A DNA stretch of 64,000 nt from assembly GCA_034670305.1 (NCBI GenBank), contig JAXMNT010000036.1, forward strand, positions 14,451 to 78,450, in the 5' to 3' direction. This DNA is from Deltaproteobacteria bacterium. GTDB lineage: Bacteria; Myxococcota_A; Polyangia; Polyangiales; Houyiibacteriaceae. The position numbers and the translations under genes were made by a program. Of this stretch, positions 33,929-44,184 are shown piece by piece. The notes under the pieces were generated by a model, which had not been told where the DNA came from, ran no database searches, and was given only the letters and a program-made list of their open reading frames with translations. Position 1 is the first letter of the stretch. Every line of letters starts with the position of its first letter.

Positions 33929-34912
33929 ATGCGGTACGTACAACGGATGCCCCCCCACCGATGGGTCGGCATGGCCCTCTTGGGCATGCTTCTGACCCCA
34001 CTCGGTTCCACCGCCACGGCACAGACCCCGCCCCCGGTGGTGGTCATTCCGATCCCGGGCGAAGGACTGACCGCCGAGATCGCCGAGACCTCCGTGGCCG
34101 CCCTGACCCGCGCGCTCACGCCGCTCGTCTCCGGTCGCACCGTCCAACCGGCGCTCGGCGCCGTGCAAGCGGTGCTCGCGTGCACTGTGCCCGAGCCCAC
34201 CCCCGAGAACCCCGCGCCGACCATCGATCCATGCCTCGGTGCGCAGATCGCAGCCGCCGGGGGCGCCGCGGGTGTGTTCGTTCGGGTGTCGGTGCAGAGT
34301 GGGGTGCTGCATCTGGACATCGCCGTCCGCGAACCGATGTCCGGCGTGCTCCGCGTGGAGCCGCTCAACGTGCAGGTCCCGGTCGCCGAAGCCGCCACCG
34401 CCGATGCACTCACCGCCGTGTTGAGCGCCCGCCTCGGACCGCTCGCGGCCGGCATGCCCGAGCCGCCGACGCGCACGACGTTGCTTCTCGCTGTGAACCA
34501 GGACGGCGCCACCGTCTCGATCGACGGCGCGCCCGTCGGTCAGACGCCGCTCGCCCCGCTCGAGGTCGCGCCCGGCAACCACACGATCAGCGTGACCGCC
34601 CGCGGCGCGCAGCCGTTCAACCGGTCGATGGACGTGTCGCTCGATGGCGCCCGGGTGAACATCGATCTGGAACCGCTCCCGGAACAAGCCGCGCAGCTCG
34701 CGGCCCAGGACGCGCAGGAAGCGGACTCCTTCGTCACCGCGGAGGCGTCGACATCCGGGGAACCGCTCTACAAGAAGTGGTGGCTCTGGGCCGCGGTCGG
34801 CGGCGCCGTCGTGGTCATCGCCGCGATCATCATCGGAGTCGCCGTCGCTGGTGGCAGCGACACGCCCAGCGGTTTCGAAGTCCCACCGATTCCCGGCCGA
34901 GGTACGCCATGA
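33929..34912 (+). CDS. PEGA-domain membrane protein
   Basis: Signal peptide; VNQDGATVSIDGAPVGQTPLAPLEVAPGNHTISV; PLYKKWWLWAAVG TM anchor. Confidence 0.85.
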   Translation: MRYVQRMPPHRWVGMALLGMLLTPLGSTATAQTPPPVVVIPIPGEGLTAEIAETSVAALTRALTPLVSGRTVQPALGAVQAVLACTVPEPTPENPAPTIDPCLGAQIAAAGGAAGVFVRVSVQSGVLHLDIAVREPMSGVLRVEPLNVQVPVAEAATADALTAVLSARLGPLAAGMPEPPTRTTLLLAVNQDGATVSIDGAPVGQTPLAPLEVAPGNHTISVTARGAQPFNRSMDVSLDGARVNIDLEPLPEQAAQLAAQDAQEADSFVTAEASTSGEPLYKKWWLWAAVGGAVVVIAAIIIGVAVAGGSDTPSGFEVPPIPGRGTP

Positions 34913-35442
34913 AGCACCCGCAGATGTGTCTCGCCTTCGCCCTGTGCGTCGGCCTCTGCGCCACAGCATGTGGCGACGGCGGACCCGAACCCCACATCGT
35001 CTCCATCGTTGCCGACGACGGCTCGGTGGGCGGCGTGACGATCGCGCAGGCCGCGGTCGACGAGATCGAGATCATCATCGTGCCCGATCCGAGCGACGGA
35101 GCGTTCGAACCGCTCGCGCCGACCGAGATGATGGGCGGCGACGTCGAAGTGCGCGTGTCCGCGGTCGGCGAGTTCGTGCTCAAACTGCGACGCGGCTACA
35201 TCGACCGAAACGCCATCCCGACGAGCACGACCTTCCGAGTCGACGTGCCGCTCGTCGCGGCGGAGATGATGGACGGCCACACCTTCGACCCGACCCTGCG
35301 GGTGACCTTCATCCGTGCGGGCGAGCGCATCGCCGAGAGCAACCCGCGCTTTCTCTCATGGCCGATCCCGGTCGGCGAAGATCCGACGAGTGTGCTCGTG
35401 CGATGCAAAGCGGGCTTCACCAGCCAATGCGAAAACATGTGA
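34909..35442 (+). CDS. Hypothetical lipoprotein
   Basis: CATAC lipobox; ATGA overlap with the upstream gene. Confidence 0.7.
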   Translation: MKHPQMCLAFALCVGLCATACGDGGPEPHIVSIVADDGSVGGVTIAQAAVDEIEIIIVPDPSDGAFEPLAPTEMMGGDVEVRVSAVGEFVLKLRRGYIDRNAIPTSTTFRVDVPLVAAEMMDGHTFDPTLRVTFIRAGERIAESNPRFLSWPIPVGEDPTSVLVRCKAGFTSQCENM

Positions 35443-35536
35443 GCGCCGCTCCGCGCCCGACCGCCTCGGGTCGAGCGCGCTGTGAGCGTGGAGTGCGCCG
35501 TGCGCGTCCCATTCCTGTCGGACAACCAACGTCCGC

Positions 35537-36643
35537 GTGTTCCGCACACTCGAAGGTGATGGGTTGAAGCGGCCGACCTGGCTCGTCGTGGGTCTGCTGC
35601 TCGTCGGGGTCGGGTGCCGGCCCCGCGTGCCTCCGGAAGTCGTGCGCACCCTGGCCGACGTCCGGCAGGTCGGGGTGTTCGTCTCGCCGCACAGCTACGA
35701 ACACTTCGTGCGGGGGGAACTCGCCGCGGCCTCCGGCGACGACGAGACGGCGGTGGGCCACTACCGGCAAGCGCGCGCGGGCGCCCACGACGACGCGCTC
35801 ATCGCCGCGCGCATGGCCGAGGCGCTCGATCGACTCGGACGCACCGAAGCCGCCGACCGAGCATTGAGCGAAGCCGCCGCACTCGAACAAGCCGCCGAAG
35901 CGGTGCACCTCGCGCGCGCCCACATCGAAGCCCGACGCGGCGACGACCAAGCCGCCCTGGCCGCGGCCATCGCTGCGGTCGAATCCGCACCCGGTTCGGA
36001 GACGGCGGTGCTCGAACTCTCGGTCCGGCTCCAGCGGACCGGCGCCGAACCACGGGCCCTCGAAGTGCTGCGCTGCACCCACGGTCGCGCTGCGCTGCGC
36101 GCCCGGCTGGCGTTGGCGGTCGCGGCGCAGGACCCCGGCGCGGCCGCAGAGGCGGTGGAAGCGATCCAGCGGCATGTCCCCGTGCTCGAACAAGAAGCCT
36201 GGAGCGCAGCCGAAGTCGCGATGACCCACAGCCAGCCCGGGTTGGCGGCGCGTTTGATGGAGCGGCTGCCCCCCGCCGCCGCCCCGCTCGAACGGCTGCG
36301 GATCCGCGCGTGGATCGCCTCGGGTCGCACCGACGAAGCGCAGGCCGTGCTGCAGACGAGCGACCCGACGCGCTTCGGCGACGCCACCGAAGCCAGCCGG
36401 CTCTTGCGGGATGCCGGCGACCCAGCCGGGGCCGAAGACATCGCCCGCGAAGCCACCGCGTCGAACCCGAGCGCGTGGGTCTCGGTCGGCGACGCGGCGC
36501 TGGCGGACGGCCGGCCGGTCGACGCCGTCCGCGCTTACGGCCACGTGCCGCGCGGTGCCAGTGGCGCCGCCGAAGCCCGGGCCGGCATGGTGCGCGCGCT
36601 GGGCTGGCTCGGACTGCCAGCCCTGGCGGCCGAGCTGCGGTGA
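35537..36643 (+). CDS. TPR-like helical lipoprotein
   Basis: VGVGC lipobox; SPHSYEHFVRGELA; Ala-rich helical repeats; start uncertain. Confidence 0.7.
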   Translation: MFRTLEGDGLKRPTWLVVGLLLVGVGCRPRVPPEVVRTLADVRQVGVFVSPHSYEHFVRGELAAASGDDETAVGHYRQARAGAHDDALIAARMAEALDRLGRTEAADRALSEAAALEQAAEAVHLARAHIEARRGDDQAALAAAIAAVESAPGSETAVLELSVRLQRTGAEPRALEVLRCTHGRAALRARLALAVAAQDPGAAAEAVEAIQRHVPVLEQEAWSAAEVAMTHSQPGLAARLMERLPPAAAPLERLRIRAWIASGRTDEAQAVLQTSDPTRFGDATEASRLLRDAGDPAGAEDIAREATASNPSAWVSVGDAALADGRPVDAVRAYGHVPRGASGAAEARAGMVRALGWLGLPALAAELR

Positions 36644-36771
36644 GCCGGGGGCAACGGCAAGGCAAGGGGCTGCGGGGCTGCGGGGTGGTGCCAAGAAGAA
36701 CGGGCCGTGCTAGGTCTCGCGGGTTCTCTGCTCGGGCAGACACGTTTCCCTTCTTCCCTCAGGTCCTCTCC

Positions 36772-37062
36772 ATGCGAATCGTCTTGTTGCTCGCCGCCCT
36801 CAGTACCCTCATCGCCTGCAGCGACGGCGTCACCCGCTGGGACGGCCCCGGCTGCCAGCCCGCCTGCCAGGCGCCGCACGCCGAAGGGGTCCTGGAAGAG
36901 TTGGCCGTCTGCCTCGACGAGGACCACCAGCCCGAGTCCTGCAACGAAGCGGGCGCGAACACCGTCACCTGCCCCGGCAACGCCGCGAGCGTGACCTGCG
37001 ATTCCGAAACGGGTCTCCCGACCTGCGACGGCGTCGTCGCCCGCCCCTACTGCGCCAACTAG
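36772..37062 (+). CDS. Small Cys-rich lipoprotein
   Basis: MRIVLLLAALSTLIAC; 8 further Cys; GC3-rich codons. Confidence 0.7.
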   Translation: MRIVLLLAALSTLIACSDGVTRWDGPGCQPACQAPHAEGVLEELAVCLDEDHQPESCNEAGANTVTCPGNAASVTCDSETGLPTCDGVVARPYCAN

Positions 37063-37113
37063 CCCAAGAGGGCTAGTTCCCCTGCCCCTGCCCGTGCCCT
37101 TGCCCGTGCCCTG
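37057..37113 (+). terminator. Stop-overlapping hairpin + C-rich hexamer array (putative 3'-end element)
   Basis: AACTAGCCC-AAGA-GGGCTAGTT then CCCCTG CCCCTG CCCGTG CCCTTG CCCGTG CCC; the function is inferred. Confidence 0.55.
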
Positions 37114-37361
37114 TGTGTGCCGACGTGCCCGACCCGTCAGATCGCCATCAGGTTCGGCACGCCCCAAACCAACCAAGCGGAAGGTACGGTGCGAAACCGA
37201 CGCTCGCTCCAACACGGACTGAGAAGAAGCGCCTGCGGGTCATCGGTCTCCTCCCATCGCTCGGCAGCTGACCCACACGATCGAAACGCTCATGAAGATG
37301 GAACGACGACACTCGCGTTCCGATTCCGCTACGAAGCACCAGCCTGCCAGACGAACAACGC

Positions 37362-37736
37362 TTGCGGTTCGCGACGCCGAACCCAACTTGCGGCGTGCCC
37401 GAGTCCAATCCAATGCACGAAGCGCTCGCGCTTGCGCTCGGAATCCTGCTCGTTCGCGTACCAGAAACGGTCGAGCTGTACGCGTTCGATGGAACCTACT
37501 TGGGTGACGACGCTTTCGAAGAGCTCCGGCGGGAGCAAGCGCGAATCCTTGCTTGGCGAGACAAAGCGGCTCGCAAGCTCGGTATCGATCCCCCGACCAC
37601 CAAAGCAGGAACGAGTGCTGCCCACTTGATTGGGTATGAGCTTCAGGAGGACATGGCGGAGTGGGCGATGAAGCTCCTCAGCGAACACGGCGTGCGACTC
37701 TGCGCGACCTTTCCTCAGTGCGATGCTTGGCTGTGA
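37362..37736 (+). CDS. Hypothetical protein or gene fragment, atypical codon usage
   Basis: Protein-like C-terminal part (MHEALALALG...EWAMKLL); no clear start; locally more AT-rich. Confidence 0.4.
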   Translation: MRFATPNPTCGVPESNPMHEALALALGILLVRVPETVELYAFDGTYLGDDAFEELRREQARILAWRDKAARKLGIDPPTTKAGTSAAHLIGYELQEDMAEWAMKLLSEHGVRLCATFPQCDAWL

Positions 37737-37761
37737 TGACGGAAATCGTCCCGCTCCCCAG

Positions 37762-38100
37762 CTACCACTCACGCGGCGCGGTCAGCTCTTCAGCGTCCAG
37801 CGCCCAGCCGTATGCCCGAGCGATGGCCTCCACGTCGTCGATGATCGTTTCACGAAACACGCTCTCGATGACGCTCCCCCGCTCCGCCATCTCTTCGTCC
37901 AGGTCGTTGAAGGCTTCGGTCGCTGCGTGAGTCAACCGAAAGACGTGCGCCTCGTCTTTGGGCTGCTCCGCTTCGAAGCGTTCCGCGAGCCGTCGCAAGA
38001 TGCCCTGCCCCTTCGCAATCAAGTCGGCCGGGAAACCCGTGTCGCCAACGATCGCTCGAAGGAAGATGTGGTCTGCGAGCTTCGGATTGGTGATCGGCAC
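37762..38100 (-). CDS. DUF5713-like protein
   Basis: MPITN...FL...FP..LI.KG..IL..L.E..E...LTHAATEAFN.L...IE.V.RE.I...AYG...EEL.A.REW matches my recollection of the family. Confidence 0.75.
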   Translation of the reverse strand: MPITNPKLADHIFLRAIVGDTGFPADLIAKGQGILRRLAERFEAEQPKDEAHVFRLTHAATEAFNDLDEEMAERGSVIESVFRETIIDDVEAIARAYGWALDAEELTAPREW

Positions 38101-38141
38101 GGTGTCGATTGTCCCCCACGCGATTGCGCAACATCACCTGC

Positions 38142-38193
38142 GGGCAAGGGCAAGGGCAAGGGCAAGGGCAAGGGGGACTGACTTCGTCAGTCC
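38142..38193 (-). terminator. Stop-overlapping hairpin + (CCCTTG)5 on the sense strand
   Basis: (GGGCAA)5GGG at 38142-38174; GGACTGAC-TTC-GTCAGTCC at 38175-38193 contains the stop of CDS 38187. Confidence 0.55.
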
Positions 38194-38597
38194 GCGAGGA
38201 TCGGGCAGGTCCAGGTCTCTCCCAGGCCATTCGCACGGCCGGCGGAGTCGAAGATCTCCTGGCGCCTGGACGGATCCGACGTCGCGATGCGGGCCATGAG
38301 GCCGCCGAACTCCGAGTTCTGGATTTCTTCGCGGGCCCGGTTGGCGGTGGTCATCGCGCGTTGCTGAGGATCCGACTCGGTCTCGGAGACTTCGGTCGCG
38401 ATCTCGCAGAACGTGCGGATCGCAAAGCCGAGCTCCGAGGGCACTTCAGGCGGCGGAGGTTCCTCGGTGCAGCCGACCAGAAGTGCCAGGCCAGACAGCG
38501 CAGCCAAGAGCCGTCGTCCCCACCTCTGTCCAGTGCACCTCTGTCCTGTGGAAGCGTGCGGTGTTTGGGAAACGCAGCTCTGTCCCTCATGGTTCAT
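38187..38597 (-). CDS. Hypothetical lipoprotein
   Basis: LLAALSGLALLVGC lipobox; C-term WTCPIL; start uncertain. Confidence 0.6.
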   Translation of the reverse strand: MNHEGQSCVSQTPHASTGQRCTGQRWGRRLLAALSGLALLVGCTEEPPPPEVPSELGFAIRTFCEIATEVSETESDPQQRAMTTANRAREEIQNSEFGGLMARIATSDPSRRQEIFDSAGRANGLGETWTCPILAD

Positions 38598-39874
38598 GCT
38601 TCGACTCCCAGACGTTCTTGCAGTGCCCACAACCGGTCCTGGCCCCACGCCACGAACGCGCCCTGCCGGAAACTCGGCACGCCCCAGAGTCCGGCTTCGC
38701 TGAGCGCCTCGCGGTTCTGCTCGGCGTCGGTGCGCCACTCGGTGCAGGTCAGCGAGGCGTCGACCAGATCGGCGACCTGGGCGCGTTCGGCGACTTCGCG
38801 CAGCTCGGGGATACGGGTCAGATCCACGGCCCGCGACCAGATCGCGGCGCCAGCCTCCACCACCCACCGAAGCGCGGCGCGGTCGCCGCGTTCGGTGCGC
38901 GCCACGTAGGCGAGCGCGAGACAACGTTCGACGCCTTCACCGAGCGGGTCGCACAACCGGCCGAACGGGACCCCGAGACGTTCCGCTTCCCGCTTGGCGT
39001 CGCGCACGATGTACATGCGTTTGTCCCGCGGCACGGGCAGGCCGCGGGTGACCATCGGGAGCACCGGCCGGAGGGAGAACGGAACCTCGGGCCGCGCGGC
39101 GACGAGTTTCTCCACTTCGGCCGCGCCAAGGTACGAGTAGGGGCTTCGGAACGAGACGAACGCTTCCAAGGGAGCGGGCGCTGGCTCCGGTGTGAAGACG
39201 GGGACCGCGGGCAGGAGCGCCGCCGGATCCGCGTCGCGTCCGAACATCGCGCGGCACAGGTGCGGCAACCGGTCGAGGCCCCAGAACCATTCGCCCTGGT
39301 AGCGGATCATGGCGCCTTGGTAGTGCCCCGCGCGCCGCAGGTCCCGGTAGTTGCGCTCCAGGGTGGGCATCACCTGTTGGCCAGGCACGGTGCCGTGTTC
39401 GCGGACCAAAGATGCGAGGGCGTCGGAGTCGTCGAGCCACAGCGCGCGACCGATCGCGGCAGCGACCGACAGACGTTCTTCGATGGGTCGATCGACGAGC
39501 AACACCGCGTTGGCGCGCCGGACTCGATCGGCGGCCGGCTGCACCGGGTGGTCAGGAAACTCGAACCCGTGACGCCGGGCCAAGAGCGCTGCATCCCGCC
39601 GCGCGTGTTCGACGCGTTTGATCGGTTCGGGATCCGCGTCGGCAGCGGGCGGCGGGACGAGCACCATCGAGAGCTCGACGTTGGGACCCATCAGCCGCGG
39701 GAGTGCGAGGGCGAGCAGGTGCGACCACGGGTCGTCGACCTGGTGGTAGAACACGAGCTTGTGGCGGCCGCCACGCAGGCGCCGTTTGAGGCCCTGCCAG
39801 CCACGCGACGTGTCGCGCAGGCTGCCGAGGTACGCACCGATCGCCGCCCCCTTGAACTTCGCCCCGAGCCCCAT
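38594..39874 (-). CDS. Tandem DsbA-fold HCCA-isomerase/GST-kappa-like protein
   Basis: Two repeats: FYHQVDDPWSHL...WFWGLDRL and FVSFRSPYSYL...GLWGVPSF..WGQDRL. Confidence 0.88.
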   Translation of the reverse strand: MGLGAKFKGAAIGAYLGSLRDTSRGWQGLKRRLRGGRHKLVFYHQVDDPWSHLLALALPRLMGPNVELSMVLVPPPAADADPEPIKRVEHARRDAALLARRHGFEFPDHPVQPAADRVRRANAVLLVDRPIEERLSVAAAIGRALWLDDSDALASLVREHGTVPGQQVMPTLERNYRDLRRAGHYQGAMIRYQGEWFWGLDRLPHLCRAMFGRDADPAALLPAVPVFTPEPAPAPLEAFVSFRSPYSYLGAAEVEKLVAARPEVPFSLRPVLPMVTRGLPVPRDKRMYIVRDAKREAERLGVPFGRLCDPLGEGVERCLALAYVARTERGDRAALRWVVEAGAAIWSRAVDLTRIPELREVAERAQVADLVDASLTCTEWRTDAEQNREALSEAGLWGVPSFRQGAFVAWGQDRLWALQERLGVEA

Positions 39875-39880
39875 CGAACG

Positions 39881-42595
39881 TCAGAGACTCGGTGCGGGGG
39901 CGTGGGCCGCCGCAGCGCCGGTGGCTTCGTAGACGTCCGCGACCGCGTCCGCGAGCTTGCTCGGATCCGAACCACCCGCCTGCGCGAAGTCCGGCCGGCC
40001 GCCGCCACCGCCGCCCACGATCTTGGCGGCGCGTTTGACGAGATCGCCGGCGCGGAACTTGGAGGTCACTTCTTTCGAGACCGAACAGGCGAGGAGCGCC
40101 TTCTTGCCGTCGCCGCTCTCGGTGCCGAGCATCACGACGGCGGGCGCGAGCTGGTCGCGCAGCTTGTCCGCCATCTCGCGCAGCACGTTGCCGTCCACGC
40201 TCGGCACCATCGCGCCGAGCACCCGGACGCCGTCGACTTCTTTGGCCTCGCTCGTCAGATCGCGGCCGCCGCCGCCGCTGACCAGCTCGCGCTGAAGTCG
40301 CTCGACCTCGCGCTCGAGGTCTCGGCGGTGCGCGTCGAACTTCTGCAGGCGCGCGGGGAGCGCATCGACGGTGGTCTTGAACATGTCGCTCAAGTCCTGA
40401 AGCGCGCCGGTCTGCTGGCGCAGGAACGCGAGCGCGTTGAGCCCGGTCGACGCTTCGATGCGCCGCACGCCCGCGGCAACGCCGTTGTCGCTCAGGATGG
40501 TGAAGAGGCCGATGTCCCCGGTGCGGAACGCATGGGTGCCGCCGCAGAGTTCCAGGCTTGGCCCGATGCGCAGCACGCGCACGACGTCGCCGTACTTCTC
40601 TTCGAAGATGCCGATGGCGCCGCGCTCTTTGGCTTCGTCCATCGGGAGCACATCGGTGGTGATGGCGGTGTTCTCGAGCACCGCGCCGTTGACGAGGTCT
40701 TCGATGCGGCGGATCTGCGAAGCGGCGAGCGGCTTCGTCGACGAGTAGTCGAACCGCAAGCGGTCCGCGGAGACGAGCGAGCCCTTCTGGGTCGCGGTCT
40801 CGCCGAGCACCTTGCGAAGCGCCCAGTGCAAGAGATGCGTGGCGCTGTGGTTGCGGCGGGTCGCGGTGCGCGAGGCGTCGTCCACAACGAGCTTCAGCGC
40901 GTCGCCGACCGCGAGGCGTCCTTCGGTCAACGTCGCGACGTGCACCGTCAGGTCCGGTACCGGAATGAGCGCGTCGCCGATGTTCCCGCTGAACGCTTCG
41001 CCGGAGAAGGCGCCTCGGTCACCCGCCTGGCCGCCCTTCTCGCCGTAGAACGGCGTGCGGTCGGTGACCAAGACGAACTCGGTGCCGGCTTCGACGGAGT
41101 CCACCCTCTCACCCTCGACGAGGAGCGCGGCGACCTTGGCGTCGCACTCGTCGCGGTCGTAGCCGAGGAACTTCACCGCGCCGCCGAGGGTCTCGCGGAT
41201 GTCGTAGTAGACCTTCTCGGTCGCGACCGAGTCGTTGAGCTTCGAACCTTCTCGGCTCCGGGCCCGCGCTTCTTCGAGCGCTTCTTGAAAGCCCTCTTCG
41301 TCCACCACGAAGCCGGACTCTTCGCCGATGACTTCTTGCAGGTCGAACGGGAAGCCGAACGTGTCGTAGAGCTTGAACGCAACCCGGCCGGGGAGCGTCT
41401 TGGTCCCGCCGCCCGCTTCCGTGTCGCTCATCGTCCACTCGTCGTTCTCTTCGAGCAGCTTCAGTCCATCGGCGAGCGTGCGGCGGAACCCGATCTCTTC
41501 GGCGCGGGCCACGTCTTCGATGAGCGCGGCGCGTTCGACGAGCTGCGGGTAGTCTTCGCCCATCAGCTCGAACACCTTGCCGGCGCAGCGGTAGAGGAAC
41601 GGCTCTTCGATCCCGAGCCGGTACCCATGACGGATGGCGCGGCGCATCACGCGGCGCAGCACGTAGGGCGCGCCGCCCTTGTCGGGGGAGACACCTTCGC
41701 TGAGCAGGAACGCAGTGAGCCGAGCGTGGTCGGCGATGACCCGCATCGAGGTGTCGTCGGGCGCCTGGGTCTGCCCGTACTTCTTGCCGGCGATCTCTCC
41801 GGCGAGCTCCACGATCGGCCGGAGCAAATCCGTGTCGTAGTTGCTGAGCACCTCTTGTTTGACGACCGCGAGCCGCTCGAGTCCGGCGCCGGTGTCGACG
41901 CTCGGCGCCGGCAGGTTCTTGAGCGTGCCGTCCTCTTGCCGGTCGAACTGCATGAAGACGAGGTTCCACAGCTCGAACCAGCCGCGGCCTTCGGGCGTCG
42001 GCTCTTCACCGAAGGTGGACGGGTCGACCGGGTCGACGCCGAGGCAGTAGTGGATCTCGGTGCAGGGTCCGCACGGGCCGGTGTTGCCCATGGACCAGAA
42101 GTTGTCTTTGGCGTCGCACCGTTTGATCCGGTCGTCCCCGCAGCCGGTGACGTCCTTCCAGAGCCGCACACTCTCTTCGTCGGCCGGGCCGTAGCCTTCT
42201 TCGCCGCCGAAGACCGTGAACACGAGGCGGTTCGGATCGAGCCCGAGCGTCTTCGTGATGAACTCCCACGCGTACTCGATCGCCTGGCGCTTGAAGTAGT
42301 CGCCGAACGAGAAGTTGCCGAGCATCTCGAAGAAGGTGTGGTGCCGCGCGGTGACGCCCACGTTCTCGAGGTCGTTGTGTTTGCCGCTGATGCGGATGCA
42401 CTTCTGGGAAGACGTCGCCCGGCTGTACGCGCGGGTCTCCTTGCCCGTGAACACGTCCTTGAACGGCACCATGCCCGCGTTGACGAACATCAACGTCGGA
42501 TCGTGGTCGAGCACGAGGCCCGCGCTGGCTTCGAGCGCATGTCCGCGCTGCTCGAAGAAGCCAGTAAACGCTCGGCGAATCTCCCGGGAATCCAT
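39881..42595 (-). CDS. alaS: Alanine--tRNA ligase
   Basis: NAGMVPFK, RHHTFFEMLGNFSFGDYFK, DTGAGLER, NHSATH, ELCGGTH, GGGGGRPDFAQAGG. Confidence 0.99.
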   Translation of the reverse strand: MDSREIRRAFTGFFEQRGHALEASAGLVLDHDPTLMFVNAGMVPFKDVFTGKETRAYSRATSSQKCIRISGKHNDLENVGVTARHHTFFEMLGNFSFGDYFKRQAIEYAWEFITKTLGLDPNRLVFTVFGGEEGYGPADEESVRLWKDVTGCGDDRIKRCDAKDNFWSMGNTGPCGPCTEIHYCLGVDPVDPSTFGEEPTPEGRGWFELWNLVFMQFDRQEDGTLKNLPAPSVDTGAGLERLAVVKQEVLSNYDTDLLRPIVELAGEIAGKKYGQTQAPDDTSMRVIADHARLTAFLLSEGVSPDKGGAPYVLRRVMRRAIRHGYRLGIEEPFLYRCAGKVFELMGEDYPQLVERAALIEDVARAEEIGFRRTLADGLKLLEENDEWTMSDTEAGGGTKTLPGRVAFKLYDTFGFPFDLQEVIGEESGFVVDEEGFQEALEEARARSREGSKLNDSVATEKVYYDIRETLGGAVKFLGYDRDECDAKVAALLVEGERVDSVEAGTEFVLVTDRTPFYGEKGGQAGDRGAFSGEAFSGNIGDALIPVPDLTVHVATLTEGRLAVGDALKLVVDDASRTATRRNHSATHLLHWALRKVLGETATQKGSLVSADRLRFDYSSTKPLAASQIRRIEDLVNGAVLENTAITTDVLPMDEAKERGAIGIFEEKYGDVVRVLRIGPSLELCGGTHAFRTGDIGLFTILSDNGVAAGVRRIEASTGLNALAFLRQQTGALQDLSDMFKTTVDALPARLQKFDAHRRDLEREVERLQRELVSGGGGRDLTSEAKEVDGVRVLGAMVPSVDGNVLREMADKLRDQLAPAVVMLGTESGDGKKALLACSVSKEVTSKFRAGDLVKRAAKIVGGGGGGRPDFAQAGGSDPSKLADAVADVYEATGAAAAHAPAPSL

Positions 42596-42789
42596 GTTTC
42601 CCCAGGTAGCGCCGACTCCGCCCCTTGGCTACCCGCCCCCGCGGCAAAACGCACCCAGGTCCCGGGACGGGGCCGAAGCGGTGGCCGAAGCGGAAGCGGA
42701 AGCGCTTCCGCGTCCTCTACCGAATCCGCTTCTGCTACGGAACCCGCCACCGCTACCGCCGCGACCGCTTCCCGCTCACCCAGTCGGGC

Positions 42790-43998
42790 TCAGCTGAAGA
42801 CGTAGACGAACTGTAGGACGCCGGCGACGAGGCCGAGGACGGCGCCGGCGAGGATGAGCTTCCACTCGTCCTGCTGGAAGGCGGGGCGGAGCACGCCTTC
42901 GAACTCTTCGGGCGAGAGCTGCTCCATGCGCTCGTTGATCTCGTCCTTGATGTTCACGGCTTTGCCGGCGAACGTGTGGAGCAAGCCGCCCTCTTTGGGG
43001 AGCTCGTCCTTGATGCGCTGGGTCATCTCGAGGCGCAGGGGCTCGCGCTCCGCTTCGGGGATCATCATCGCGGCCATCGGGTGCGCGAGGTACTTCTCGA
43101 TGAGCGCGGTGACGTGCACGTCCACGATGCCGAAGATCTTCTCGGCGGTCGGTCCGGTCGTCACGGTCTTCGTGATGTTGTCGGCGTTGAGGACCTTGCC
43201 GGCGGTGAGCTTGCTGAACTCGCGCGACACTTCTTTCTGTCGCTTGTGGAAGACGCCCTGGATGACGAAGGGTCCGACCTTCTTCGGCTGCTGCGGCTTG
43301 AAGATGAGCTTGAGCGCGACCCAGTTCGTGGCGTAGCCGACGAAGAACCCGGCGAGCGGGAGAACCCAGTCGAGCGGCAAGTAGACCCACACGCACATCT
43401 GGATGAGCCCGAAGAGGAACCCGAACCAGATGCCGGAGCGCTCGATGAACTTGAACTCCTCCGAGCCGACCTGGAGGAACATCATGCTCATGAGTTCCTT
43501 GTCTTCTTCGACCGCTTCGACGACGACCCGCTCCAGGTCGAGGATGTCGGTGATGTTCGCCGAGAAGTCGTCGACGATCGCGATCGCGACGGCGCGCACC
43601 TCTTCCGAGATCTTGTCGCGCACGGTCTGCTGCATGACCTCGCCGGCGTTCTCCCACATCTGGGGGGCGCGCTTGGTCGCGACCTCGTCGATGACCTGCT
43701 CGGTGATCTCGGCGACCACCCCGTCGAGCTCGTCGGCGAAGTCGTCGCCCTTGAACTTCGAGAACAGCTCCTCGAGGCTCAACAGCCGCGTCAGGATGAG
43801 CTGCGTCGACATCTTCGCGAGCCGGCGCGCGTTGGCCGGCACGATGCCCTGCCATCCGATCGGCTTCACCCCCACGAACTCTGCGGGGTAGAACATCATC
43901 TTGATCGCGACGACGTTCGTGAACCAGCCCACGAAGGCGCTGAAGAACGGAATGAGCAGGACCAACCAGTCCGCTGCGAGTCGCTCGATAAAGCCCAC
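42790..43998 (-). CDS. DUF445-family membrane protein
   Basis: VGWFTNVVAIKMMFYP..GWQGIVP; EEFKFIERSG..FG; VGYATNWVALKLIFKP; DEWKLILAGAVLG. Confidence 0.85.
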   Translation of the reverse strand: MGFIERLAADWLVLLIPFFSAFVGWFTNVVAIKMMFYPAEFVGVKPIGWQGIVPANARRLAKMSTQLILTRLLSLEELFSKFKGDDFADELDGVVAEITEQVIDEVATKRAPQMWENAGEVMQQTVRDKISEEVRAVAIAIVDDFSANITDILDLERVVVEAVEEDKELMSMMFLQVGSEEFKFIERSGIWFGFLFGLIQMCVWVYLPLDWVLPLAGFFVGYATNWVALKLIFKPQQPKKVGPFVIQGVFHKRQKEVSREFSKLTAGKVLNADNITKTVTTGPTAEKIFGIVDVHVTALIEKYLAHPMAAMMIPEAEREPLRLEMTQRIKDELPKEGGLLHTFAGKAVNIKDEINERMEQLSPEEFEGVLRPAFQQDEWKLILAGAVLGLVAGVLQFVYVFS

Positions 43999-44184
43999 GG
44001 TCGAACGATGAATGGACGCTCAGCGGTTCGGAGTCAAGCATCGAACGCCCTGGGCCCGCGGTTTCACGGTCGCTCTGCCCCGACGTGAGCCGCGTTTCCC
44101 GAACCCTGCTGTCTGTGGGAACCGCAGCCCTGTGTTTGTCACCCCAGCGTGCTACCTCGGGGTCTCGGCGTTTCGGAGTACCTC

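Noticed and set aside
38521-38550. 15-bp duplication CACCTCTGTCC(A/T)GTG
   Set aside because: Only two copies near an uncertain gene start; consistent with trivial slippage.
38594-39874. Tandem DsbA/HCCA-isomerase as a novel architecture
   Set aside because: I recall double-domain members of this size as already known; not unusual enough.
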